Assembly: GCA_040776945.1 (NCBI GenBank)
Contig: JAXGZN010000002.1
Coordinates: forward strand, 192,001-256,000
Reading direction: 5' to 3'
Source of the DNA: Methanomassiliicoccaceae archaeon
Lineage (GTDB): Archaea > Thermoplasmatota > Thermoplasmata > Methanomassiliicoccales > Methanomassiliicoccaceae
Length of the DNA: 64,000 nucleotides
Part shown: positions 1-10,026 of the stretch, one piece after another
How the letters are laid out: each line of letters begins with the position of its first letter
Position numbering within the stretch: the first letter of the stretch is position 1
Translations under genes and position numbers: made by a program
Notes under the pieces: model-generated
What the model was told of the DNA's origin: nothing
Seen by the model: only the letters and a program-made list of their open reading frames with translations
The model's database searches: none

Positions 1-396
1 GAGCTGGACCAAGTGTTCATCGGCACCTGCACCAACGGGCGCCTGGAGGACCTTAAGGTCGCGTCCGAGATCCTAGCCGGCAAAAGCATCGCCCGCAATC
101 TGCGTCTCATCGTCGCTCCCGCCTCCAGGAACGTTCTCCTGGACGCGATGAAGGAGGGCTACATCGACAAGCTCGTTCGCGCGGGAGCGACGGTCATCGC
201 GCCGTCCTGCGGGCCGTGCGTGGGCACCTGCAACGGGGTGCCGTCCAACGACGAGACGGTGCTGTCGACCGCCAACCGCAACTTCAAGGGCCGCATGGGC
301 AACACCAGGGCCGAGATCTACCTGAGCAGCCCGGCCACCGCGGCGTACTCGGCCATGCTCGGACACATCGCCGACGTCAGGGAGGTGCAGAAATGA
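1..396 (+). CDS. Aconitase-family dehydratase large subunit (LeuC/HacA type), C-terminal part, 5'-truncated by window edge
   Basis: FIGTCTNGR, SCGPCVG and STANRNFKGRMG motifs of [4Fe-4S] isopropylmalate/homoaconitate dehydratases. Confidence 0.9.
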   Translation, partial: ELDQVFIGTCTNGRLEDLKVASEILAGKSIARNLRLIVAPASRNVLLDAMKEGYIDKLVRAGATVIAPSCGPCVGTCNGVPSNDETVLSTANRNFKGRMGNTRAEIYLSSPATAAYSAMLGHIADVREVQK

Positions 397-902
397 GCGC
401 AATGAAGGGCAAGGCCCACACCTTCGGGGACAACCTGAATACCGATTACGTCATATCCGGCAAGTACAAGTTCAAGACCCTGGACATGAACGAGCTGGCC
501 AAGCACGTGATGGAGGACATCCGGCCAGGGTTCTACGACGAGATCAAGAAGGGCGACTTCGTGGTGGCGGGGGAGAACCTCGGCGCCGGGTCATCGCGCG
601 AGCAGGCCCCCCTGGTCCTCAAGGCCGCGGGCATCGGGGCGGTGGTGGCGAGATCGTTCGCCCGCATCTTCTACCGCAACTGCATCAATGTCGGCCTCCC
701 GGTCGTGGAGGTCGATACTTCAGGCATCGAGGAGGGGGACGAACTCCAAGTGGACATCGCCGCCGGAGTGGTTAAGAACATCACCAAGGGCGTGACGCTG
801 GAGGCCAGACCGCTGCCGCCGGTGATGATGAAGATCCTCTCCGATGGCGGCCTCGCCGAGCACCTGAAGAAGCACGGCGGGTTCGCCCTGGAAGAAGAGT
901 GA
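393..902 (+). CDS. Aconitase-family dehydratase small subunit (LeuD/HacB type)
   Basis: ATG at 393 overlaps the upstream TGA; GDNLNTD, GAGSSREQA and SFARIFYRN motifs. Confidence 0.9.
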   Translation: MSAMKGKAHTFGDNLNTDYVISGKYKFKTLDMNELAKHVMEDIRPGFYDEIKKGDFVVAGENLGAGSSREQAPLVLKAAGIGAVVARSFARIFYRNCINVGLPVVEVDTSGIEEGDELQVDIAAGVVKNITKGVTLEARPLPPVMMKILSDGGLAEHLKKHGGFALEEE

Positions 903-930
903 GCAAACGCCTTCCCTTCTTCTTTTATTC
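903..930 (+). terminator. Pyrimidine/T-rich archaeal terminator-like tract
   Basis: AAACGCCTTCCCTTCTTCTTTTATT directly after the stop codon. Confidence 0.45.
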
Positions 931-941
931 GCCGACCCGGA

Positions 942-1892
942 TCACGCGGCCCACCGGCCGTCCACGCGGATGTTGCCGAGGGTCTGGTTCACCTGCACGC
1001 GGAAGCTCGAACCCCCCGGGTAGTTATCGGACAGGAAGTTCTCCGGGGTGCCGCTGAACCCTCCCAGGTCCGTGACCTCCGGCGTCCCGAGGTTCCAGCC
1101 GCAGGTTATCCGGGCCGACGCCTGGCCGGCGAGGTCGAAGCCGAGGCGGACCTCGCCCACGGCATCAACCACCCTCATCCTCACGCTGCCGCCCATGGGC
1201 GAGGACTGCGAGAACATGGCAGTGATCGGTCCCGACGATTCCAGCAGGGCAATGTTCCTTGCCCCCAGGACCGTGACGTTGTCCCAGCTGAGGTTCGAGC
1301 CTCCGGTGGCGGTCTGGATGCGCACATCGCCGGCGAGCACCGTGCCGTTGGCGAACGACACCGCCGCTCCCTTGGCCGTGGAGTTGAGCTCTAGACCCTC
1401 GATCACCACGCCCGCGGCGGTGGCCAGCGATATGCCGCCGGTGCGGACGCTGAGGTTAAGGCCGGTCCTCAGGCCCTCGTCGATCGTGATCGTGTAGTTG
1501 ACCTTGCGTATCGAGTAGTGAGGCCAGGGGGCGTAGGTGTTCAGGGTCACGTTCACGGCCTGGACGCTGCCCATGGCGTCGGCGGCGGAGCTCGAGGTGA
1601 CGTTGACCTTCAGCGGCGACCCGTCCCCAAAGACGTTGGCCTTGCCCTCCACCATGGACCTGACCATGACCGCCTCGTTGCCCAGAGGCCGGAAGATGAC
1701 CTCCAGTTCACCCACCGTCGCTTCGACCCTGAGGTCAAGACGCCCGGAGCCGTCGGGCCCGACGGACATAACGTCATCGATCGCCACCGTCCGCAGGTCG
1801 ATGAAGATGAGGGGCAGCGAGATGCCCGCCACGATGAGAACGATGATGACGGCCAAGACCTTAGCGGATAGCGTCAGCTTCCCGAGGCGCAT
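942..1892 (-). CDS. Membrane-anchored beta-rich protein (DUF4097/adhesin-like)
   Basis: N-terminal hydrophobic helix followed by repeated G-x-I/V-x-L beta-strand patterns. Confidence 0.6.
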   Translation of the reverse strand: MRLGKLTLSAKVLAVIIVLIVAGISLPLIFIDLRTVAIDDVMSVGPDGSGRLDLRVEATVGELEVIFRPLGNEAVMVRSMVEGKANVFGDGSPLKVNVTSSSAADAMGSVQAVNVTLNTYAPWPHYSIRKVNYTITIDEGLRTGLNLSVRTGGISLATAAGVVIEGLELNSTAKGAAVSFANGTVLAGDVRIQTATGGSNLSWDNVTVLGARNIALLESSGPITAMFSQSSPMGGSVRMRVVDAVGEVRLGFDLAGQASARITCGWNLGTPEVTDLGGFSGTPENFLSDNYPGGSSFRVQVNQTLGNIRVDGRWAA

Positions 1893-1953
1893 CTATGCCC
1901 AGCTCCGCCCCGGTCATCGCCCCAGGGCCTAGATAAAGGTGACCACGATGGCC

Positions 1954-2292
1954 TCATGCCCTCCGGGCGTAGAGGACCGAGAGCGCCGCGGGAACGAGCA
2001 CCAGGAGAGGGGCGAGGAGGAACAGGAACAGCAGCTCCATGCGCTCTCCCATGTCGATGAACATCCCGACCGCGCCGATGGCCGCGATGATCGCGCCCCA
2101 TATCATCAGCTGACGTCCGCCGTAGCGGTTGATAATATACCATTTCTCCTCGGACTCGAAGGACTGGCGGACCCTGACCCCGTACCAGTGGTTCATGCCC
2201 ACCTTTCCTTGGGCCAGGGGCAGGGCCACGGCGAATACCAATGCGCCCATCAGCACGTTGAACAGGCCGGCGGCCAGCCCGGTGACGTCCAT
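1954..2292 (-). CDS. SdpI/YhfL family membrane protein
   Basis: MNHWYGVR...SEEKWYIINRYGG signature; three hydrophobic segments; ATG at 2292. Confidence 0.75.
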   Translation of the reverse strand: MDVTGLAAGLFNVLMGALVFAVALPLAQGKVGMNHWYGVRVRQSFESEEKWYIINRYGGRQLMIWGAIIAAIGAVGMFIDMGERMELLFLFLLAPLLVLVPAALSVLYARRA

Positions 2293-2296
2293 GGCC

Positions 2297-3502
2297 TCAG
2301 GCCGGCCTCTGGTAGCCCTGCCATTTCCTCTCCAGCCCGGGGTCGTTGACGGTGTCGAGGACGTACTGAGCGAACTCCTGTCCGGTGGCACCGTTGGACC
2401 GTCCGGTCATGACCTTGGCCTTCTCGTACTGGGTGCAGACCTCCAGGGCCATCTCCAGCCTGCGGGCCTTATCCGTGAAGCCGATGTGGTTTAGCAGCAT
2501 GGCCGCGGCCTTGATCATAGAGGACGGGTCTGCGTATTGAGCGCGTCCCTCGTCCACCATCCTCGGCGCGGAGCCGTGGATGGCCTCGAACATCGCGTAC
2601 CTCTTCCCTATGTTGGCGCTGCCCGCCGTTCCGACGCCGCCCTGGATCTGGGCAGCCTCGTCGGTGAGGATATCGCCGTACAGGTTCGGCAGCACGATCA
2701 CCCTGAACTCCTTGCGGCGGTAGGGATCGATGAGCTTGGCGGTCATGATGTCGATGAACCAGTCGTCCCACTTCACCTGAGGGTAGTCCTTTGCCACCTG
2801 CTCGGCCACCGACAGGAACTTGCCGTCGGTGGTCTTGACCACGTTGGCCTTGGTGACCACGCTCACCTTGTTGATGCCGTTCTTCGCGGCGTAGTCAAAG
2901 CCCAGCCTCAGTATCCTCTCGCTGCCCTGGGTGGTGGCGACGCAGAAGTCGATGCCCAGGTCATCGGTGACGTTTACTCCCTTGCTGCCGAGGACATAGC
3001 TGCCCTCGGTGTTCTCCCTGAAGAACATCCAGTCCACTCCGATCTCGGGCACCTTGACCGGCCGTACGTTGGCGAAGAGGTCCAGCTCCCGCCTCATGGC
3101 CACATTGGCGCTCTCGATGTTGGGCCAGGGGTCCCCCTTCTTCGGAGTGGTGGTCGGCCCCTTGAGGATGACATGGCAGTCCTTGATCTCCTTGAGCACG
3201 TCGTCGGGAATGGCCTTCATGACCTTGACGCGGTTCTCGATGGTGAGGCCCTCGATGGTCCGGATCTCGACCTTGCCGCTCTTGATCTCGTCCTCGAGCA
3301 TGGCCTCCAGGACGGTGCGGGAGGACTCGGAGATGTACGGGCCGATGCCGTCGCCGCCGCACACGCCGATCTTGATGACCTTCAACCGACCGTAATCGAT
3401 CCAATCCTGGGCCGACCTCATCTCTTCGACCCTCCTGAGCTGCTCCTCCAAGATCCTGCCGAAGTGCTCCTTGGCCCTCTCGATAGCCTTCACATCAACC
3501 AT
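2297..3502 (-). CDS. Isocitrate/isopropylmalate (beta-decarboxylating) dehydrogenase family
   Basis: GDGIGP, DLFANVRP, RENTEG, NLYGDILTD and FEAIHGSAP motifs. Confidence 0.9.
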   Translation of the reverse strand: MVDVKAIERAKEHFGRILEEQLRRVEEMRSAQDWIDYGRLKVIKIGVCGGDGIGPYISESSRTVLEAMLEDEIKSGKVEIRTIEGLTIENRVKVMKAIPDDVLKEIKDCHVILKGPTTTPKKGDPWPNIESANVAMRRELDLFANVRPVKVPEIGVDWMFFRENTEGSYVLGSKGVNVTDDLGIDFCVATTQGSERILRLGFDYAAKNGINKVSVVTKANVVKTTDGKFLSVAEQVAKDYPQVKWDDWFIDIMTAKLIDPYRRKEFRVIVLPNLYGDILTDEAAQIQGGVGTAGSANIGKRYAMFEAIHGSAPRMVDEGRAQYADPSSMIKAAAMLLNHIGFTDKARRLEMALEVCTQYEKAKVMTGRSNGATGQEFAQYVLDTVNDPGLERKWQGYQRPA

Positions 3503-4281
3503 GAACAATCGCCGTCGTTATCAAGGAACAGATATTTGAGCGATTCCCCAAGCGTCTGGACGCTTGCTAGCCGCTGGAAAACGACCTAGGCAGGACAGCG
3601 CTCCTCCCGAAGGGACACGCACGGCTGAACACTAAGGTCCACAAGCAGTTCCAGAGGTAGAAGGCCATGGCGCCATGCGTATCTCGCGGCAGCGGCGAGC
3701 GAGGGGACGGCTATGCGTCGAACACTTTCCTCTCACAATGGAGAATATGGGACGTGCGCAAGATAAGAGGCAGATGAAGTTAGCACGGTAAGGTAAAAGT
3801 GCCTTCATGAAAGAGGACAGGCCGGATTGTTTGCGTTATAGCATCAGAGAAGATGGACGGCATGCAGAGGGTAGCATGCCGGCCCTTCCCGCCCAGAGAA
3901 CGCTTGGAGTCCTGTCTTTCAACCGACCGACGGCCCCACAGGGTTAGGGATCAAACGGCCTGAGATATTGCAAGATCACCTGGCTATGAGCTTGTGACTC
4001 GTGCGCGCTCACGCTGAGGCCAACGCTTTATGAAAGTAGGGTTCTCCTGCTATAACGAAGGCACGCCGACCTTTTCTGTAACGGCAGATGGTCCTCACCT
4101 CACTGCCTCCGTCTGCATGGGGCACCGAGCAGGCCGGACCTATCTGGATAGGGAACGGAGCAAACCCTCATCGGCACGGCCACGAAGGCATTGGTCGCAC
4201 ACTTACGGACCGTTGCCCCCATGGCTGGAACTGCAGCAGGATTAACGAAACGATTATTCATCTGCGAACGAATCTCCCTCC

Positions 4282-5565
4282 GTGGAAGCTGAAGCAAGGT
4301 TCATGATCGCTGACCCGGGTGGAAAGGGTACGCAGGGCGAGGGCAAGGTACTGGTGGAAGAGGAAGTGCTGACGATCAAGCCGCTGCAGGGGGGCGCGGT
4401 CAACTTCTCGCTTCGAGACGTGGCCGCGATCGATCCCGCTCCGCATAGGATCCCCATAACGCTTATCAACGGCTCCAAGGTGGAACTGTCGATGATGGGG
4501 CACCGCTATGATGACGTTCTCCGCGAATTGCACCGTGCCCGCAACGAGCTGATAATGAAGGACCTCCTCATGGGCGAGAAGCTCCGCAAGCAAGGCGTCC
4601 GCGGAGAGCTCCGCGGACCGTTCCGCGGAGCGGAGGGCACCTGCGAGGTGCGCCTCTATGACACCGCGCTGGTCCTGATGCCGACCAAGGGCACGCTGGC
4701 CAGGGTGCGATACAGCGATATCCGGGGCATCGAGGCCCGAGACTACGTCTTGAGGATCGAGCTGGAGAACGGGGAGCAGCTGGGCATCGGGATGCTGGGA
4801 CGGGAGCTGGACCCCCTGTGGAAGGGCATATCGGACGCCATGGCCGAACTCGAGTCCAACGTCCAGGCGCTGGTCAGAGACATCTATCCAAGCATATCGT
4901 CATCCAACCTGGCCGAGGCCTCCCGCCTTCTGAAAGAGGGCCGAGCAGCCCGTCGTTTCGACCTTGAGAGCGTGGATCCCATGCTGTTCGCTGCCCTTGA
5001 GGCAAGGCTCCGGGCCTCTGGCATGGGGGGTGAGTATGACCATCTGACCTCGCTGGGCAAGAAGAACATGGTCCGCATCGGCATCAAGCGCTCCCTGCTC
5101 GCCTCGGAAGGAGAGTACATCTGGTTCATGGTCCCCCTGCTGGACAACGAGGGGAACGCAGTGGCCATGGAGGCGACCTCCGGCCCCACCGGGGGAAGGG
5201 CCACCTATTTCTTCCGCGTCGCTCCCCGCGAGCGCTATCCGGGAATGGATACCGGAACGCGGAGGGAGGAGGCGGAGGAATGCATGGACATCTTGACGGC
5301 GGGGCTTCAGGAGATCAACTTCCGCCGCAAGCCCATCTACCTCAAGGACGAGGATCTCCTTGCGCCGGAGAACGCGAGGTACCGCTTCTCCATCACGCTC
5401 ATCCCCGCCCTGAGGGACCTGAGGGGCCGCTTCATCGGAAGGGTCGCTCACACCTCCCCGGAGGATTGGACGGTCAAGGTGAACGAGCTGCTGACCTTCA
5501 ACGCCAATGCAAAGGGTGGCGAGAGGTGGCGCACCGAGTCGTCGGGGGATGAAGTCGAGGAATAA
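4282..5565 (+). CDS. Hypothetical protein, possibly with tandem PH-like beta domains
   Basis: 427-aa ORF with normal codon bias; two similar beta-rich N-terminal segments (EEVLTIKP..NFSLRDVAAI and DTALVLMP..RVRYSDIRGI). Confidence 0.65.
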   Translation: MEAEARFMIADPGGKGTQGEGKVLVEEEVLTIKPLQGGAVNFSLRDVAAIDPAPHRIPITLINGSKVELSMMGHRYDDVLRELHRARNELIMKDLLMGEKLRKQGVRGELRGPFRGAEGTCEVRLYDTALVLMPTKGTLARVRYSDIRGIEARDYVLRIELENGEQLGIGMLGRELDPLWKGISDAMAELESNVQALVRDIYPSISSSNLAEASRLLKEGRAARRFDLESVDPMLFAALEARLRASGMGGEYDHLTSLGKKNMVRIGIKRSLLASEGEYIWFMVPLLDNEGNAVAMEATSGPTGGRATYFFRVAPRERYPGMDTGTRREEAEECMDILTAGLQEINFRRKPIYLKDEDLLAPENARYRFSITLIPALRDLRGRFIGRVAHTSPEDWTVKVNELLTFNANAKGGERWRTESSGDEVEE

Positions 5566-5617
5566 TGACAACCTTAATTTATCCAATCCGTACATATCGC
5601 CAGGAGGGAGGAGGAGC

Positions 5618-5959
5618 TTGCCAGGCTACATGAGGCCATGCCGATACTGCGGTGAACTGGTCCCGCCTGATTCCAACGCCTGTCCGATTTGCGGGAAGTG
5701 GAACCCGGTGGACGAACTTAGGTGCCCCAAATGCAGGTCGCCGATCAAGGAGAGCTGGAAGTCGTGCTCGCACTGCGGACAGGGACTGAGCGTGGCCTGC
5801 CCCGCCTGCGGCAAGACCACGTTCTTCGGGGACCACTGCCAGCAATGCGGCGCGAGGCTGATGGTCAAGTGTCAGCAAAAGAAATGCGGCTTCGAGCAGC
5901 CTCCTCTGGGACCGATCTGCTCAAAATGCGGGAAACCGATAGCGGGGGGTAAAAAATGA
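5618..5959 (+). CDS. Multi-zinc-ribbon (DZR-type) protein
   Basis: Eight CxxC-type pairs; TTG start after GGAGG. Confidence 0.75.
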   Translation: MPGYMRPCRYCGELVPPDSNACPICGKWNPVDELRCPKCRSPIKESWKSCSHCGQGLSVACPACGKTTFFGDHCQQCGARLMVKCQQKKCGFEQPPLGPICSKCGKPIAGGKK

Positions 5960-6621
5960 GCAAGATGATAGCGTTCAATGACAACTACTCGGACGAGAGC
6001 ACGGATGCGGGATTCACCTTCACCTTCTTCTGCGACAAGTGCAATGAGGGCTACAAGACGCGGTTCATCGCGTCCAAGACCTACAAGAAGAGGGGCTTCT
6101 TCGACAACATCGGAAAGATCGCCAGCGCCGCCGGGTCGCTCGCAGGGAGTTCCGGCCTCTCCACCGTCGGCCACACCGGCGGGGACATCATGAGGTCGAA
6201 GTTCGAGGGCCAGTCCCCAGCCTGGCACAAGGAGCACGAGGCCGCCTTCGAGGAGGCCCAGAACGAGGCCCGCGGACACTTCCACCGCTGCCCCCGCTGC
6301 CAGAGATGGGTGTGCGACAACGACTGGAACGAGGAAGCCTCGCTGTGCGTGGACGACGCGCCCCTGGAGTCGGTGGAGGTCGCCGCCGCCCGGGCGGGCA
6401 AGATGAAGGAGGACATAATCAAGAAGGCGTCCGAGACCCAGGTGTTCACCGGCGAGATCGAACAGCGTCAGGCCATCTGTCCAAAGTGCGGGAAGCCTGC
6501 CGGCCAGGGAAAGTTCTGCAACAATTGTGGCGCCCCCATGGGTATGCCCAAGTGTCCCCAGTGCGGGGCGCAGAACCCTCCCGGAGCAAGGTTCTGCTCG
6601 GAGTGCGGCGGAAAGGTCTGA
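5956..6621 (+). CDS. Zinc-ribbon domain protein
   Basis: CDKC, CPRC and a C-terminal double zinc ribbon; ATGA overlap with the upstream gene. Confidence 0.8.
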   Translation: MSKMIAFNDNYSDESTDAGFTFTFFCDKCNEGYKTRFIASKTYKKRGFFDNIGKIASAAGSLAGSSGLSTVGHTGGDIMRSKFEGQSPAWHKEHEAAFEEAQNEARGHFHRCPRCQRWVCDNDWNEEASLCVDDAPLESVEVAAARAGKMKEDIIKKASETQVFTGEIEQRQAICPKCGKPAGQGKFCNNCGAPMGMPKCPQCGAQNPPGARFCSECGGKV

Positions 6622-6692
6622 ACAGGTCCGCACCCCGCGCCGTTTGCGCGGGGAAAGCGGGACCTCGGCAGTCAGATACAGGAGCGGAGGCG

Positions 6693-7943
6693 GTGAGCGC
6701 TCGGCCCCACTGGACCAGGAAGTTCTTTACCATATGGACGGGCCAGGCGTTCTCCCTTGTCGGCAGCAACCTGGTGCAGTTCGCCCTGATATGGTGGCTT
6801 ACCATAGAGACAGGCTCGGCCATCGTGCTGACCTTGGCGATGGTCATGGGCGTCCTTCCACAGGTCTTCCTCACACCGCTCGCCGGGGCCTACGTTGACC
6901 GGTGGAACCGCAAGCGCACTATGATCGCTGCCGATGGCCTCACCGCCCTTGTCACCCTGTTCCTGATGGTCTCCTTCGCCCTTGGAACAGTGGACATCGT
7001 GCAGATCATGCTCGTCCTCTTGCTCCGCTCCTTCTTCTCCGGATTCCACTGGCCGGCGATGCAGGCGTCCACCACCCTCATGGTCCCGGATGCCCACCTT
7101 GCACGGATCAGCGGCCTCAACGAGGCGATTCGCGGCCTGGCATCCATTGCCGCTCCTCCCCTGGGCGCGGTGCTGATGGCCCTCCTGCCGATGTACATGG
7201 TGCTCTCAGTGGACCTGATAACCGCGGCCATCGCCATCCTCGCGCTGGTGGCGGTGGCCATCCCCGAGGTGCGCAGGTCGGAGGGCCGCATCGCCAAGTC
7301 GGTTATCGCCGACCTGAAGGACGCGTTCCATTACATCCGCTCGTGGAAGGGGGCGCTGTGGATGACCATCATATTCATGCTCATCAACTTCCTCATCAAT
7401 CCGGCCTTCGCCCTGCTGCCCCTCCTCACGCTGGAGCACTTCGGCGGCGGGGCCATGGAGTATGCCGCCCTGGAATCGTTGGCCGGCGCAGGCATGATCA
7501 CCGGGGGGCTCGCTCTCGGCGTCTGGGGAGGGACCTCGAGGAAGATCGTGACCTGCATGGCCGCGACCGGTATGTGCGGCCTGGGTGTCGGTCTGATCGG
7601 CCTGCTGCCGCCTAGCGGTTACATATGGGCGGCCTTCGGATGCCTGCTCATCGGTCTCTCGCTGCCGATCATCAACGGCACGATCGTGGCCATAATGCAG
7701 AGGGGCGTGCGGGCGGACTACCAGGGCCGGGTGCTCGCCATCCTGGGCTCGGGAGTGGCGGCCATGACCCCGGTGGGCCTCGTTCTCGCCGGCCCCATCT
7801 CAGAGCTTATCGGCATCCAGGCATGGTTCCTCCTGGGGGGCTCGGCGATGGTGTTCACCGCCCTGGGATCGATGTTCATGCCGGCCATCATGCGCATGGA
7901 GGACCATCGACCCGAGGCCGTGCCCGTGGAAACAACCCCGTGA
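6693..7943 (+). CDS. MFS transporter, MefA/DHA3-like
   Basis: IWTGQAFSLVGS and GAYVDRWNRKR (motif A); about 12 hydrophobic segments; GTG start after GGAGG. Confidence 0.85.
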   Translation: MSARPHWTRKFFTIWTGQAFSLVGSNLVQFALIWWLTIETGSAIVLTLAMVMGVLPQVFLTPLAGAYVDRWNRKRTMIAADGLTALVTLFLMVSFALGTVDIVQIMLVLLLRSFFSGFHWPAMQASTTLMVPDAHLARISGLNEAIRGLASIAAPPLGAVLMALLPMYMVLSVDLITAAIAILALVAVAIPEVRRSEGRIAKSVIADLKDAFHYIRSWKGALWMTIIFMLINFLINPAFALLPLLTLEHFGGGAMEYAALESLAGAGMITGGLALGVWGGTSRKIVTCMAATGMCGLGVGLIGLLPPSGYIWAAFGCLLIGLSLPIINGTIVAIMQRGVRADYQGRVLAILGSGVAAMTPVGLVLAGPISELIGIQAWFLLGGSAMVFTALGSMFMPAIMRMEDHRPEAVPVETTP

Positions 7944-7984
7944 TGAGGGCAGGTTGAACTCCCGATAGCTCCCATCAATGATGC

Positions 7985-10000
7985 ATGGAGAACCACGAGG
8001 ACCATTCCCAGGCCGGTCACGACCTTCCGATGGAGCACGGCATAGGTGAGCAGGACAGGCATCGGAGCATAGGCCATGGAGATATGGCAAAGGACATGCT
8101 GCGCCGTTTCATCGTTTGCGTCATCCTTACAGCGCCCATCCTTGCTCTCACGCCCGAGGTCCAGCAGCTGTTCGGCGTATCATTGGAGGTGCCGTTCGCC
8201 GACCTTTCGCTTCTGGCGCTTTCCACCATTGTTTACGCCTATGGCGGCTGGCCGTTCCTTACGGGTCTTGTCCGAGAGCTGAGGGAGCGTCTCCCGGGCA
8301 TGATGACGCTCATCGGCCTGGCCATCACCGTGGCCTATGTGTACAGCGCCGCCTCGGTGCTGCTCATCCAGGGTACGGTCTTCTTCTGGGAGCTGGCCAC
8401 CCTGATCGACGTGATGCTGCTGGGCCACTACCTGGAGATGCGCTCGATGCGGGGCGCGTCGAGGGCGCTGGAGGAGCTCGCTCGAATGCTGCCGGCGGAG
8501 GCCGAGGTCGTCCGGGGCGGAGAGGTCGTGAAGGTCCCCTCCCGGGAGCTTATGCTTGGGGACATCGTGCTCGTCCGTCCCGGCTCCAAGGTGCCCACTG
8601 ACGGCGAGGTGGTGAGCGGGGAGAGCGACGTCAACGAGTCGCTGCTGACCGGTGAGTCCCGTCCGGTGGGCAAGCGGCCGGGCGATCAGGCCATCGGCGG
8701 CTCCGTCAACGGCGAGGGCTCGCTGACCATCAAGGTCACGCGCACCGGCCGTGATACCTACCTCAGCCAGGTCATCGACCTGGTCCGCCGGGCCCAGGAG
8801 AGCCGGTCCCGCAGCCAGGACATCGCCGATCGCGCGGCCTTGCTGCTGACCGTCATCGCTCTGGCCAGCGGGGCGCTGACCTTCGCGGCCTGGCTGCTGG
8901 CCGGCGAGAGCGCCGGCTTCGCGGTGGAGCGGGCGGTGACGGTCATGGTGATCTGCTGCCCTCATGCCCTGGGCCTCGCCATCCCCCTGGTGGTGGCGAT
9001 ATCCACCGTCCTCGCGGCCCGCTCCGGCTTCCTGGTCCGGGAAAGGAACGCCTTCGAGCGGGCGAGGAACGTGGACACCGTGGTGTTCGACAAGACCGGC
9101 ACCCTAACCGAGGGAGACTTCCGGGTGGTAGGCATCACGCCGTACGGCGGCATGAGCGAGGATGAAGCGCTCCGCGCCGCTGCGGCCGTGGAGTCCTACT
9201 CGGAGCACTCCATCGCCCGGGGCATCGTGGCGTCGGCCAGGGAGCGCGGCCTCGAGCCCATGGAGGCCATCGAGTTCCGCGCCCTGCCGGGCAAGGGGGC
9301 GCGAGCGATGGTGAGCGGCCGAGAGGCGCTGATGCTCTCTCCCTCCGCTGCGGCGGAGATGGGCATCGAGGGGGTGCCGGACCTCGCCCCTCTTTCCGCG
9401 GGAGGCCGCACGGTGGTGCTCCTGGCCTGCCAGGGCAGGGCGCAGGCGGCCTTCGCTCTCGCCGACAGGGTCCGGCCGGTGTCGAAGGAGGCCATCGACG
9501 AGCTGAGATCGAGGGGCATCCGCTCGGTGATGATCACTGGGGACAGCCCTGAGGTCGCGGAGGACGTGGCCAGGGAGTTGGGGATGGATGAGTTCCGAGC
9601 CTCGGTGAGGCCGGAGGAGAAGGCTGCAGCGGTTGCCTGTATGCAGAGCGGGCACGTCGTGGCCATGGTGGGCGACGGGGTGAACGACGCGCCGGCGCTG
9701 GTGCAGGCCGACATCGGCATCGCCATCGGCGCCGGCACGGACGTCGCGGTCAGTTCGGCGGACATAATCCTGGTGCGCAACGATCCCCGTGACGTCCCAA
9801 AGGTCATCGACCTGTCGAAGAGGACATACTCCAAGATGGTGCAGAACCTGATCTACGCGACCGGGTACAACGCCGTTGCCATCCCTATGGCCGCCGGCGT
9901 CCTGGCATCGCAGGGCGTGGTGCTGACCCCGGCGGCGGGCGCGGCCCTGATGAGCATCTCCACCATCGTGGTGGCGGTCAACGCCCGGCTGCTGCGGTGA
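7985..10000 (+). CDS. copB: Copper-translocating P1B-type ATPase (CopB-like)
   Basis: His-rich N terminus; TGES, CPH, DKTGT, GDGVND, YN and MSxST motifs. Confidence 0.88.
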   Translation: MENHEDHSQAGHDLPMEHGIGEQDRHRSIGHGDMAKDMLRRFIVCVILTAPILALTPEVQQLFGVSLEVPFADLSLLALSTIVYAYGGWPFLTGLVRELRERLPGMMTLIGLAITVAYVYSAASVLLIQGTVFFWELATLIDVMLLGHYLEMRSMRGASRALEELARMLPAEAEVVRGGEVVKVPSRELMLGDIVLVRPGSKVPTDGEVVSGESDVNESLLTGESRPVGKRPGDQAIGGSVNGEGSLTIKVTRTGRDTYLSQVIDLVRRAQESRSRSQDIADRAALLLTVIALASGALTFAAWLLAGESAGFAVERAVTVMVICCPHALGLAIPLVVAISTVLAARSGFLVRERNAFERARNVDTVVFDKTGTLTEGDFRVVGITPYGGMSEDEALRAAAAVESYSEHSIARGIVASARERGLEPMEAIEFRALPGKGARAMVSGREALMLSPSAAAEMGIEGVPDLAPLSAGGRTVVLLACQGRAQAAFALADRVRPVSKEAIDELRSRGIRSVMITGDSPEVAEDVARELGMDEFRASVRPEEKAAAVACMQSGHVVAMVGDGVNDAPALVQADIGIAIGAGTDVAVSSADIILVRNDPRDVPKVIDLSKRTYSKMVQNLIYATGYNAVAIPMAAGVLASQGVVLTPAAGAALMSISTIVVAVNARLLR

Positions 10001-10026
10001 AAATTAAGTACAGGGGCGCCGTAGGG

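Noticed and set aside
1-3502. Assigning leuCD/leuB versus aksDE/aksF
   Set aside because: Paralogue specificity cannot be resolved without a phylogeny
6306-6692. N-terminal extension of the MFS ORF
   Set aside because: Overlaps the zinc-ribbon gene; GTG at 6693 has a good RBS
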